Shown here: in pieces, positions 22,253 through 31,147 of the stretch
Position numbering within the stretch: position 1 is the stretch's first letter
How the letters are laid out: each line of letters opens with the position of its first letter
Source: Minisyncoccota bacterium
GTDB lineage: Bacteria; Patescibacteriota; Minisyncoccia; Phycocordibacterales; UBA9973
Direction of reading: 5' to 3'
Length of the DNA stretch: 64,000 bases
Assembly: GCA_041659845.1 (NCBI GenBank)
Contig: JBAZXM010000003.1
Coordinates: forward strand, 4,641-68,640
Translations under genes and position numbers: made by a program
Notes under the pieces: model-generated
Databases searched by the model: none
What the model saw: the letters and a program-made list of their open reading frames with translations, nothing else
Told to the model about the DNA's origin: nothing

Positions 22253-22465
22253 TTATAAACTATTCCATTCTTTTACTGAGATTCCAGATTGACGCAAGAT
22301 TTCAGAAAGTAAGTGTTTAGAGATATCACCATGATGCGGATTTGGTACGCGAAGTTTCAAACTTCCCTTTATCATAAACATATGCCTTCCGCCGGAACAT
22401 GGTCCTTCGAAACCAAACTGGCGTAGATTTTGGATAATTTTTCTGACTGAAATTGACTTAGGCAT
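22253..22465 (-). CDS. hicA: type II toxin-antitoxin system toxin, HicA family
   Basis: 70 aa; SVRKIIQNLRQFGF..GGRHMFM..PNPHHGDISKHLLSEILRQSGIS is HicA/YcfA-like. Confidence 0.75.
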   Translation of the reverse strand: MPKSISVRKIIQNLRQFGFEGPCSGGRHMFMIKGSLKLRVPNPHHGDISKHLLSEILRQSGISVKEWNSL

Positions 22466-22772
22466 TTTTTGCTAAAGAACGCATGCTAGGAAAGCGAAAA
22501 CCAGATATTTTTTTATCAGTTTTTATAGATAAAACAAGCCAACCCTCAAGAGTTTCTTGAAGTTCTTTTCTGCAATTTTCTAAAGTCTTGGCATTTGCCC
22601 ACACTCCTCGTACTCCAGGTATTTCGCCAAAATAAGTTTTGTCCTGCAAAAGCTTATATTTTGCTCCCTGAAGTCTTTTTTGAATAAAGTCTGTTAACAT
22701 AGAGCTATTATACCATAAAATTTTGAAAGCCAAACTGACTGTAGCATATGCCCGAAGCTTAGCTTCGGGCAA
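22458..22772 (-). CDS. hicB: HicB-family antitoxin (alternative start ATG at 22700)
   Basis: UPF0150/HicB-like core (YFGEIPGVRGVWANAKTLENCRKELQETLEGWL). Overlaps hicA by 8 nt. Confidence 0.6.
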   Translation of the reverse strand: MPEAKLRAYATVSLAFKILWYNSSMLTDFIQKRLQGAKYKLLQDKTYFGEIPGVRGVWANAKTLENCRKELQETLEGWLVLSIKTDKKISGFRFPSMRSLAKNA

Positions 22773-22810
22773 TTCAAAATAAAGACTTTTTATACATAAT
22801 TTGATATAGT

Positions 22811-23740
22811 TTGGGTATGGAAAAAAGCATAATAGAAGGAATAAAACAGCAGGGCGAGCAGGAAATATATGCCGAATTTGATAAGGTTGAAAAAAACTTG
22901 GAAATTATTCCCAAAATCGAGAATCTTACAAAAGAGATAAGACAAAAAGAACAGAGACTTCATCGAGTAAAAAATACTGATGAAGAAAATAAAATATACA
23001 GAGAAATCGAACCCCTTAATGAGGAGAAGTCGAAATTAGAGTATGCACTTGTAAATAAAAGTGAATTTTGGATGTATAGTCCTAATTTTTACGAAAAAAT
23101 AAAACCGGAAGAAGCGCTCAATTTTAAAACTTATATCTCAAAAGAACTTGATTTACTGAAAAGTGGCATTAGTTTGGCAAAAGATAAAGTTAACAAAAAC
23201 CCAGATTTTACAGACTTCCTTTCCTTAAGGAAACAATATGATGATCTTGTTTACCATACTGAAAATGAGCTTGAGTATGATTCACCGGAATTTATCGCAA
23301 ACATGGAAAAGGCCAAGGAGCTTGAAAAACAGGGTGAAGCCCTTTTCAAGAGTAAACCACCAGAAGTGCAAGTAAAGTTTAAAGAACTTCAATCAGATTG
23401 GTTCAAAAAGGAGAAAATTTATGATGATTTTGAATATATTGCTGAAAAGAAAATTAAAATTTTAGACGAAGTGATAATCCCGACACAAGAACAGCAAGAA
23501 AAATATGCTAGTTTAAAAAAAATGTATCAGACAGGATTTTATGAAACAATGAGAGGTAAACTCTATGAAAGATTAGAAAAAGATCCCAATAACAATGAAA
23601 TAGAGAAACAAATCCAAGATGTTGAGATAAAAATTGAGAAAAAAGACGAAATACTCTATAAAGAAAGGGAGAGGTCAGAATCTATGTTAGAAAAAATACC
23701 GATGCGAGCGAAAGAAATAATGGATCAAATAGTTTTGTAA
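22811..23740 (+). CDS. hypothetical coiled-coil protein (Lys/Glu-rich)
   Basis: 309-aa ORF; no motif recognised. Confidence 0.5.
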   Translation: MGMEKSIIEGIKQQGEQEIYAEFDKVEKNLEIIPKIENLTKEIRQKEQRLHRVKNTDEENKIYREIEPLNEEKSKLEYALVNKSEFWMYSPNFYEKIKPEEALNFKTYISKELDLLKSGISLAKDKVNKNPDFTDFLSLRKQYDDLVYHTENELEYDSPEFIANMEKAKELEKQGEALFKSKPPEVQVKFKELQSDWFKKEKIYDDFEYIAEKKIKILDEVIIPTQEQQEKYASLKKMYQTGFYETMRGKLYERLEKDPNNNEIEKQIQDVEIKIEKKDEILYKERERSESMLEKIPMRAKEIMDQIVL

Positions 23741-23744
23741 TTGA

Positions 23745-23769
23745 ACAGCTGGGCAAGACCTAGCTAGAT
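23745..23769. repeat. hairpin repeat copy 2 (acAGCTGGGcaagaCCTAGCTagat)
   Basis: Sits exactly between the convergent stop codons at 23740 and 23769. Confidence 0.6.
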
Positions 23770-24266
23770 CAATTTAAAAATCTAACGGTCCCATTCCCTC
23801 CCAAGAACTCCGTTTTAGCTTTTCGGTATTCGGAATACATTTTGCCTTCATAGGCTCTTTTTAATTCATTATATTCTGCTAAAAATTCTGGATGGTTTTT
23901 AAAAAAGTCACGAACTTTATGAAAATCATCTTTTTTTGAATCAATTACGGTAATCATATAGTCGAGAGGGGCTTGATACTCATGGCTTTTAAATATAGCA
24001 AAATCATCAGTCCATAAATGAGGATGTTTCTGGAGGAAATTACTATTCATAATAGCCAGAACATCTTGAAATTGATGGGGTAAAACTCTAATCTGTATAT
24101 CTAAATCTTTCTTTGAAAGAGCTCCTGGAATAGCTGAACTGCCCACATGCTCAATTATCACATTTGGTAAAAGCCCTTCTAAAACAGCCTTCTCTTTATT
24201 GAAAACATCTTCCATCTCTTCTCGAATATCTTCTGATGGGTAAAAATTTACTACGTAGTCATTCAT
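23769..24266 (-). CDS. GrpB-family (UPF0157) protein
   Basis: HVGSSAIPG motif and typical ~165-aa length. Confidence 0.7.
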   Translation of the reverse strand: MNDYVVNFYPSEDIREEMEDVFNKEKAVLEGLLPNVIIEHVGSSAIPGALSKKDLDIQIRVLPHQFQDVLAIMNSNFLQKHPHLWTDDFAIFKSHEYQAPLDYMITVIDSKKDDFHKVRDFFKNHPEFLAEYNELKRAYEGKMYSEYRKAKTEFLGGNGTVRFLN

Positions 24267-24281
24267 ATTGAGAGTATACCA

Positions 24282-24316
24282 AAAAACAAGCGCGCCGTGA
24301 GGCGCGCTTGTTTTAT
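24282..24316. terminator. bidirectional rho-independent terminator (CAAGCGCGCC-GTGA-GGCGCGCTTG)
   Basis: 10-bp GC stem flanked by A6 and T4. Confidence 0.75.
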
Positions 24317-24355
24317 AATCTTTTTTTGATTAGTTTAATGCTTTAAAAGCAAAGA

Positions 24356-25045
24356 CTATCGAGGCATTATGTCCTCTTTGATCTTTTCGATTGTTCGAGC
24401 AGCAGCATCTTTGCCACCGAGGCCGAAAGCAAGACCACCAGCAAGTGCAAGCATTGCAACAATACCGATAAAGAGAATCTGCATGAATTGAGGAGCAATT
24501 CCAAGCTCTGAAAGAGCGATCAAAAGAGCAAAAATCCAGATTGCGTATTTAGTAATAACACCAAGGAGGTTTGCTGATTTAACATTTGCGGCTTTTGCTG
24601 ATCCTGAAACCATGCGGGAAGCTGCATCAGCGACAATTGTCGCTACAATTAGAATAAGTGACGCAACTACGACCTGTGGGAGGTAGCCGAGCACTACTTC
24701 GCGAAGGAATTGATTAACCTGTGTCAATCCGACGATTTCAAGCGAAGTCATCAAGAATACGATGACAATGAACCAGCGAATGAGCCCGCCGATGAATCCT
24801 CCTACAGAGAATTTCATGCCCATCTTGTTCATAGTCTCTTCAGCGCCCGTATTCTTAAAAAGACGATCGATTTTGAGCGCATTGATGACACTCTCAAATG
24901 CTTGACCGACGATAGCACTGATGACCCAACCGATAATAAAAATGATTACTGCAACTATTAAACTCGGAACATATGACATGAAACCGAACCATAGATTTTG
25001 GAGTGATGCGCTAAACACCTCTCCCCATGCACTTAGTGTATACAT
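24356..25045 (-). CDS. membrane protein with conserved-TM-helix repeats (MscS N-terminal-like)
   Basis: 229 aa, multi-TM, repeated amphipathic helices. Confidence 0.5.
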   Translation of the reverse strand: MYTLSAWGEVFSASLQNLWFGFMSYVPSLIVAVIIFIIGWVISAIVGQAFESVINALKIDRLFKNTGAEETMNKMGMKFSVGGFIGGLIRWFIVIVFLMTSLEIVGLTQVNQFLREVVLGYLPQVVVASLILIVATIVADAASRMVSGSAKAANVKSANLLGVITKYAIWIFALLIALSELGIAPQFMQILFIGIVAMLALAGGLAFGLGGKDAAARTIEKIKEDIMPR

Positions 25046-25195
25046 AATAATGGACTGTCCGTTCCGTCCAGTAACGGAGCGGATTTCGGAAAATATTACC
25101 TAATAAAAATTATCTTCTTCAAGGTATGCCCTCAAAGTACATTCTTATTATAGCAAATAAGCTTATAAAAAGAGACTACCTGTGGAAAACTAATA

Positions 25196-25837
25196 TTATG
25201 ACTTTTTAATTAATCCGGTGAACTTCCCTAGATCAATTATTTTCTCATGAGGAAAATCAAAAATGTCGCGGACGAGCTTGTCGTACATATTTAGGCGGTA
25301 TATAAAATCCTGGGTTTCAAACATTGCATAGGAAATTTCTTTGCCGATTTCAGCCTCGATCCCCTTTACGGCCTGCTCTACATGCGAACGCTTGATATTG
25401 TCGCCAACAATCAAAAGATCGACTCTGCTGTCTGGATCTTGGATGAAAATACCAGCTGCCACGAGAAGTTTAATCTTGCCCACTGATTTGAAACGATCGG
25501 CTAGATCTTCCTTTTTTAAAAATTCTGCATCTATCAAGAGCGCTTGAAGCGCCGTCAAATATGGAAAAGAGTGATTAAGAAACCATCCTGGCATTTTTTT
25601 CTTTGTGATTTTCTTTGAACGGCTATTTTCAATTTCTTTATAAAAACTTTTCGCCTTAATAAAACCCATTGCTTCGAGAGCATTAATCTCTTTGCGAAGC
25701 GCCGTGCGAGCGACTCTGCTTCTAGTGGAAATTTCTTTAGCGTCAAAAATCATATCAGGGCTGAGTAGAAATAAGCGCATGACTTTCACGCGAGCGAGCG
25801 AACCGAATAATTTACCTAAAATCTGTACCGGATCCAT
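25196..25837 (-). CDS. hypothetical protein with N-terminal winged-helix and C-terminal nucleotidyltransferase-like region (track ORF 25196..25888)
   Basis: RVKVMRLFLLSPDMIFDAKEISTRSRVARTALRKEINALEAMGFI is wHTH-like. The C-terminal half contains a ...DSRVDLLIVGD motif. Confidence 0.45.
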   Translation of the reverse strand: MDPVQILGKLFGSLARVKVMRLFLLSPDMIFDAKEISTRSRVARTALRKEINALEAMGFIKAKSFYKEIENSRSKKITKKKMPGWFLNHSFPYLTALQALLIDAEFLKKEDLADRFKSVGKIKLLVAAGIFIQDPDSRVDLLIVGDNIKRSHVEQAVKGIEAEIGKEISYAMFETQDFIYRLNMYDKLVRDIFDFPHEKIIDLGKFTGLIKKS

Positions 25838-25950
25838 AATGTCCCATTCTAGCACTTTTAGCTTTCCAAGCAAAACAAAAGCCCCCATAAATGGGAGCTT
25901 TTGTTTAATTGAGTCTATCGAGGTTGAACCTTGATTACCGAAAGCTTGAG

Positions 25951-26313
25951 CTATTTAAGCTCAACTTTTCCACCAGCTTCTTCAATCTTCTTTTTAAGAT
26001 CTTCAGCTTCTGCCTTCTTCATACCATCTTTAAGTGTTGCTGGAGCGCCATCAACGATATCCTTAGCCTCTTTAAGACCAAGACCGAGAGCTTCCTTCAC
26101 AACCTTCATAACAGCGATTTTCTGTTCGCCGGCTGAAGCGAGGACTACAGTGAATGCATCCTTTTCTTCAGCTGCCGCTGCGCCTGCTGCTGGAGCAGCT
26201 GATACAGCTGCTGCGGAAACTCCGAATTTTTCTTCAATAGCCTTTACAAGGTCATTGAGCTCAAGAACTGAAGCACCTTCGAGTTCTGTAAGAAATGAAT
26301 CAAATTTTGCCAT
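25951..26313 (-). CDS. rplL: 50S ribosomal protein L7/L12
   Basis: 120 aa with Ala-rich hinge and C-terminal domain ([32 protein letters not shown]). Confidence 0.95.
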   Translation of the reverse strand: MAKFDSFLTELEGASVLELNDLVKAIEEKFGVSAAAVSAAPAAGAAAAEEKDAFTVVLASAGEQKIAVMKVVKEALGLGLKEAKDIVDGAPATLKDGMKKAEAEDLKKKIEEAGGKVELK

Positions 26314-26338
26314 AATAATTTAGAATTAGTTTTATAAT

Positions 26339-26827
26339 TTAAGCTTTCTTCCCTGCAACCGCATTTACCGCAATGGCAAGGCGCTGCATAGGAGATTTGA
26401 GCAAGTATGCAATCTGTGACAGCAAGACCTCGCGTGGAGGAATTGTAGCAATAGATTCCATTTGACCCCTATCCATGAATTTCCCTTCAAAAACTCCTCC
26501 GATAATCGCGAGATTATCCTTGTGAGTTTTCTGGAAGTCATAGACTCCGCGTGCCGGAGCGAGCAGATCTTTCGCATATGCGATTGCAATCTGCCCATCA
26601 AGAGCCGGTAAGTCTCCGGAAATTCCAAGCGAATCAATGACTCGCTTCAGGAGTGTTTTCTTGGCTACCAAGTATCCAACACCTTCCTCGCGCAAATTCT
26701 TGCGGAGAGTATTGGAATCGGCGACTGTTAATTTGTTGAAGTTCACGAAAACAATAGACTCTGCACCCTTGAGTGCTGAACCGATCGTACTCACAATTTC
26801 AACTTTCTTTTCTTTTTTAATTGCCAT
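26339..26827 (-). CDS. rplJ: 50S ribosomal protein L10
   Basis: 162 aa of L10 family, immediately upstream of rplL. Confidence 0.9.
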   Translation of the reverse strand: MAIKKEKKVEIVSTIGSALKGAESIVFVNFNKLTVADSNTLRKNLREEGVGYLVAKKTLLKRVIDSLGISGDLPALDGQIAIAYAKDLLAPARGVYDFQKTHKDNLAIIGGVFEGKFMDRGQMESIATIPPREVLLSQIAYLLKSPMQRLAIAVNAVAGKKA

Positions 26828-27017
26828 ATAAATTTAGGATTTATTTGTTTTTTGCTTCAAATAAAAAAATCGACCATTCGGCCGCTGTAGAAAAATCCAT
26901 AAATTGGATTTAACCTTGGCAGGGCTTATCAGGATTTCTCCCATTGCCTGCTGTCTACGGCGTACGAATGAATCCTAGCATACAAGAGGTTTTTGTCAAA
27001 ACAATGAGAAACTAGTT

Positions 27018-27158
27018 AGTACTGTCATAAGGCGTCGCAGTAGAACTGCCAGACTGATCTTGATCATAATAGTTAATAACCATAAGCCCGACAATACCGA
27101 GAGTAAGCATACCGATAAAGCCGAAAAGGAATTTGAAAAAATGTTTATTTAACATATT
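27018..27158 (-). CDS. possible 46-aa small membrane protein (below the track threshold)
   Basis: Hand translation gives MLNKHFFKFLFGFIGMLTLGIVGLMVINYYDQDQSGSSTATPYDSTN. Confidence 0.25.
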
Positions 27159-27191
27159 TATAGCCATATTTTAACATTATTTAGAGCAAAT

Positions 27192-27222
27192 AAAAAACCG
27201 CTGTTTGGAGCGGTTTTTTATT
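27192..27222. terminator. bidirectional rho-independent terminator (CCGCT-GTTTGG-AGCGG)
   Basis: Flanked by A6 and T6. Confidence 0.6.
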
Positions 27223-27239
27223 ATAGTCTTTTTAAACTA

Positions 27240-30227
27240 TTATTTGGAATCAGTTGAATTAAACAATGATGCAGTTAAGAATCGTCCGAGAGAGCGAGCT
27301 GTGTTTTTAACTCTGGACCAGAATGAGACACGTTTCGGAGCAGTATCACCTGCTACGGTAGCAACTTCAACTTTTTCGGCAGTATTTAGAGAAATATTTG
27401 CCTTTGTTATTTTATTTGCAGATTGTGCTGATGAGATTGTTCCTTGTGTTTTAGTTAGAGGCTTCATGATTGAAGTCAATACGCTTTTCAACGGATTAAC
27501 TAATGTCTGATCCAAAACTTTCTCAATCGTGGAAGGTTCAGTTGCAGTTTCATCAGAAACAACTAAGAGTTCTGTGTTTGTTGGTGTTGTCGGTGTTGTC
27601 GGTGTTTCAACGCTCGTATAAGAATGAACTCCGGCAACATTCAATTCCAAAGTAATGACCTGCTGAGGGCTGGAATTTGAAGTACGGTCAGTATAGTTAA
27701 CAAACTTCTCATAGTGATATGGGAGATTATTTACTGCGTGAAGCACTGTGTCAACATGCGAAACCGGAATAGAACAATAATAAACTCCCGTTGTTCCAAA
27801 TTCAGGGCAAGTTATGGTGAAATTGTTGCCTGCGGTAACGGTATCGCCGGAAATATTAGTATTATAAATAGTTCGAATATCCACTACTTTCAATCCGAAT
27901 AATACATTTGAAACGCTGATTGATGCTCGAGGAGAAATAGCTGTACGATTTGTCGTTCCGAATGAAGTATTGGTAACATAAGTATCTTTCACAACAGTGA
28001 TATCCCCTGCTCCGCCATCTTGTGCTACAAGTACTGCACAGTAGTAGATACCTGCGCCACTTTCAATACATGCGGTTGCAGATGATCCGGCAGTGACGAC
28101 TGCTCCTGAAAATGCCGCTCCGTCGCCCTCACGTGTGACTGTAAGTTTCTGCGCGAATTCCAAGCCTTTACAAGAAGTAGATGCTGAAACAGAAGTCGAA
28201 CACACAGGATTTGCGCCAAGTGTGATTACGAGCTGGCCTGTAGCTGAAGTGTTTATAGTGGAAAATCCAGCATTGGTTATACCTGTATTAGCGTATCCGT
28301 CCTTGTACAATGAGAGTGCGTTTGTTCCTGAAGCCGGAGCCCAGTATGCACTGTTGGTAGAACTGTATGACGGAGCAACTCCGCCGAATGTCGCAGTGTC
28401 GAGGTTGGAAATATTGAATACTGTTCCCAATTCATTAGAAACGATTGTTTTGAATTGGAATAAAAGATTTGAAATAGCAGTTGAAGATTGTATGGATGTT
28501 CCGGAAGTTCGATTGGCTGTCGTATCATTTTTGGTAACATAGCCAGTTTTTGCAACAACGATATCATTCGCTCCACCATCCTCTGCCACTGGCACAGCAC
28601 AGTAATAAGTTGAAGCGTTTTCAATACATGCAGTTGCTAGAGATCCAGCAGTGATTGTTGCTCCAGAAATTGAAGCATTGTCGCCTTCGCGGGTTACTGT
28701 AATCTTCTGGCCGAATTCTAGACCTTTACATGAAGTAGAGGTTGAGATAGCAGATCCGCAAACAGGATTTGCGCCAAGTGTAATCACAATCTGACCTCCT
28801 GCTGAAGTAGTGACATTCATTAATCCGGCATTGGTTGTTCCAGCATCAACATAACCGTCTTCATTTAAAATGAGCGCAGCAGTTGCCGGAGCGACTGCCC
28901 AATAAGCAGTGTTGGTTGAATTTATATCAGCAGATGAACCATTAAAAGTCGCCGTATCAAGTCCTGAAAAAGTAAAAGCAGTTCCCAATTCATCAGAAAC
29001 TATTGCTTTTAATTGAAAGAGAATACCTGATACAGCAACACTAGCTTGTGCTCCAGTACCATCCACACGATCAATCGTTGCGCCTGATGTATTAGTAACG
29101 TATCCAATCTTTGTGATTTGAATATCACCTACTCCCCCATCCTCTGCCACTGGCACAGCACAGTAATAAGTTGAAGCGTTTTCAATACATGCAGTTGCTA
29201 GAGAACCGGCAGTGATTGTTGCTCCAGAAATTGAAGCACTGTCGCCTTCGCGGGTTACTGTAATCTTCTGGCCGAATTCTAGACCTTTACATGAGGTTGA
29301 TGCTGAGATCCCAGCTGCACAAGGAGCGCTTGTGTCGAGCGTAAGAGCAACTTGAGCGGTATCAGAAGTCGTAATCGCTGATAGGCCGGCGTTGGTTGTT
29401 GTTGCATCTACATAGCCGTTCTTATCTAAAACAAGCGAAGCTGTCATTGGGGCAGTTGCCCAGTAGGCAGTATTTCCTGAAATGAAATCTGGAGTGGCAG
29501 TGTTGAACGTTGCTGTATTAAAAGTAGCAAAAGGGAAAATATTTCCTAATTCATCAGCTGTAGTCACCTTCAGAGCGAAGAGAACATTCGAAACTGTGAT
29601 TGATGCCTGTGCATCTCCGTCTGTGGTACGGTCAATAGTGCTTGCAGTTGTTGTAATATATCCTGGGAGAGCTATTGAAATATCATTTGGTGTGCCGTCT
29701 TCTATGAAAGGAGTAGCGCAGTAATATACTGAAGCATTTTCAATACATGGTGTTGCGAGAGACCCAGCGGTAATTGTTGCGGCTGAAAGTGAAGCATTAT
29801 CCCCTTCGCGTGTAAGAGTAACTTTCTGTCCGAACTCTACAGCAGAAACATTATAGATGTTCGGATCAGCAACGAGCGCATCATAGGTTCCCACATTAGT
29901 CATGGTCTTTGTCACATATCCTGAAACACTTATTTGAAGATCTACTGTATCAGTATCATCACAACTTTCAGTCGTCATTGGAAGCGGCGCAGTAATCATT
30001 CCTGATCCATCAGTTGTACCGAGGGTTGCAAATGTTCCCCCCGCACACTGTATTTCAACAGTCGCGCCGGAAAGAGGAGCGTTATCCACCTCTCGAGTTA
30101 CGGTAACCTGTACATCACCTGCCGCAGCCAATACTTGACTAACAGGAGGCATTACAGAAAAAATTGCTAAAAATACTGATAAAATACTGATAAAAAATAG
30201 ATTCGCACGCAGTTTTGTTATTAACAT
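27240..30227 (-). CDS. large secreted surface protein with 4-5 tandem ~160-aa Cys-containing repeat modules and C-terminal Thr/Pro-rich region
   Basis: Signal peptide MLITKLRANLFFISILSVFLAIF. Repeats contain CKGLEFGQKITVTREGD..ATACIENASTYYCAVPVAEDGG. About 190-nt near-identical DNA repeats at 28570-28760 and 29145-29310. Confidence 0.7.
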   Translation of the reverse strand: MLITKLRANLFFISILSVFLAIFSVMPPVSQVLAAAGDVQVTVTREVDNAPLSGATVEIQCAGGTFATLGTTDGSGMITAPLPMTTESCDDTDTVDLQISVSGYVTKTMTNVGTYDALVADPNIYNVSAVEFGQKVTLTREGDNASLSAATITAGSLATPCIENASVYYCATPFIEDGTPNDISIALPGYITTTASTIDRTTDGDAQASITVSNVLFALKVTTADELGNIFPFATFNTATFNTATPDFISGNTAYWATAPMTASLVLDKNGYVDATTTNAGLSAITTSDTAQVALTLDTSAPCAAGISASTSCKGLEFGQKITVTREGDSASISGATITAGSLATACIENASTYYCAVPVAEDGGVGDIQITKIGYVTNTSGATIDRVDGTGAQASVAVSGILFQLKAIVSDELGTAFTFSGLDTATFNGSSADINSTNTAYWAVAPATAALILNEDGYVDAGTTNAGLMNVTTSAGGQIVITLGANPVCGSAISTSTSCKGLEFGQKITVTREGDNASISGATITAGSLATACIENASTYYCAVPVAEDGGANDIVVAKTGYVTKNDTTANRTSGTSIQSSTAISNLLFQFKTIVSNELGTVFNISNLDTATFGGVAPSYSSTNSAYWAPASGTNALSLYKDGYANTGITNAGFSTINTSATGQLVITLGANPVCSTSVSASTSCKGLEFAQKLTVTREGDGAAFSGAVVTAGSSATACIESGAGIYYCAVLVAQDGGAGDITVVKDTYVTNTSFGTTNRTAISPRASISVSNVLFGLKVVDIRTIYNTNISGDTVTAGNNFTITCPEFGTTGVYYCSIPVSHVDTVLHAVNNLPYHYEKFVNYTDRTSNSSPQQVITLELNVAGVHSYTSVETPTTPTTPTNTELLVVSDETATEPSTIEKVLDQTLVNPLKSVLTSIMKPLTKTQGTISSAQSANKITKANISLNTAEKVEVATVAGDTAPKRVSFWSRVKNTARSLGRFLTASLFNSTDSK

Positions 30228-30349
30228 CCTGAAAGTATACATAAGGAAAATCTTATGTCAAGAGTCATGTATAAGTGTTTGGAATAAATGATGGCTAATT
30301 TTTTCCCTTATTTTTATAAAGGACACTGTGTGTAAAATCTAAAGGACAT

Positions 30350-30378
30350 GAAAAACCGCTATTTTATAGCGGTTTTTC
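30350..30378. terminator. rho-independent terminator (AACCGCT-ATTTTAT-AGCGGTT)
   Basis: 7-bp stem flanked by A/T runs. Confidence 0.65.
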
Positions 30379-30420
30379 TGCGAAGTTCGATCTTAGAGCT
30401 AATTAATCTGATTTAACCAA

Positions 30421-30939
30421 TTATGCCTGAAGAAGGATAGTTAGGACGTTTTGATACTGGTTACAATCAACCATATATGTCTTTGGCATACTAGAGCTGT
30501 AGAGCGTTACGATTCTGAAGCCGTAAGCCGGAACAGTGTATGTATCCCCTCCGATTTTGATAACGTCTGAGATTGCAGTACGATTATCAAGCATGATTTT
30601 TGTGCCGTTCTTGTAGGTCACATTGTTTGGTGTTGCGAAACAACTCCTGTTGGTCGCAGAGTCAGTACCAAACTGAATACGCTTTGTCGCATATTTTTTA
30701 AGAGCATTGATATATGACTCTTTTGCAGATGGAACTACATCGGGAGAAAGATCATTTGCTCCTTCAAGAGCTATGTTTTCATCCTCAATCTGTGTTGATG
30801 CCTGATCATAAGGAGCATCGTCTTTTCCATCTCTATAATCCTTTTTAAAACCCCACATAGCTATCAAACCGATAATGATAACAACACCAGCTATTAAAAG
30901 ATACTTATTCTTGTTTTGATTATTTTCTATCATATGCAC
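30421..30939 (-). CDS. hypothetical membrane-anchored protein
   Basis: 172 aa with one N-terminal TM. Confidence 0.5.
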   Translation of the reverse strand: MHMIENNQNKNKYLLIAGVVIIIGLIAMWGFKKDYRDGKDDAPYDQASTQIEDENIALEGANDLSPDVVPSAKESYINALKKYATKRIQFGTDSATNRSCFATPNNVTYKNGTKIMLDNRTAISDVIKIGGDTYTVPAYGFRIVTLYSSSMPKTYMVDCNQYQNVLTILLQA

Positions 30940-31044
30940 ATTAATTAATTGTTATTAAAATTCTAACTAATCGACTTATTATTATACTTACATTATATAT
31001 CTTTTAGTAAATATTAGACAACAACATCTGTGCATAAAGAGAAT

Positions 31045-31078
31045 ACAAAAAACCACCCGATAAAGGGTGGTTTTTTGT
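31045..31078. terminator. rho-independent terminator (ACCACCC-GATAAA-GGGTGGT)
   Basis: 7-bp stem flanked by A7 and T6. Confidence 0.7.
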
Positions 31079-31147
31079 ATTGATTTAGAGTTTCAATAAA
31101 CTTAATCTATTAACCTAATTTCTATTGCTAGAAACTAAGCTGTTAGA

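Noticed and set aside
25931-26323. 130-aa Ala/Ser-rich plus-strand ORF
   Set aside because: Antisense to the Ala-rich hinge of rplL, a well-known shadow ORF.
28570-29310. Near-identical ~190-nt repeats as a DGR template/variable-region pair
   Set aside because: The mismatches between copies are not confined to adenines on either strand, and no intact RT is nearby. This is tandem domain duplication inside one gene.
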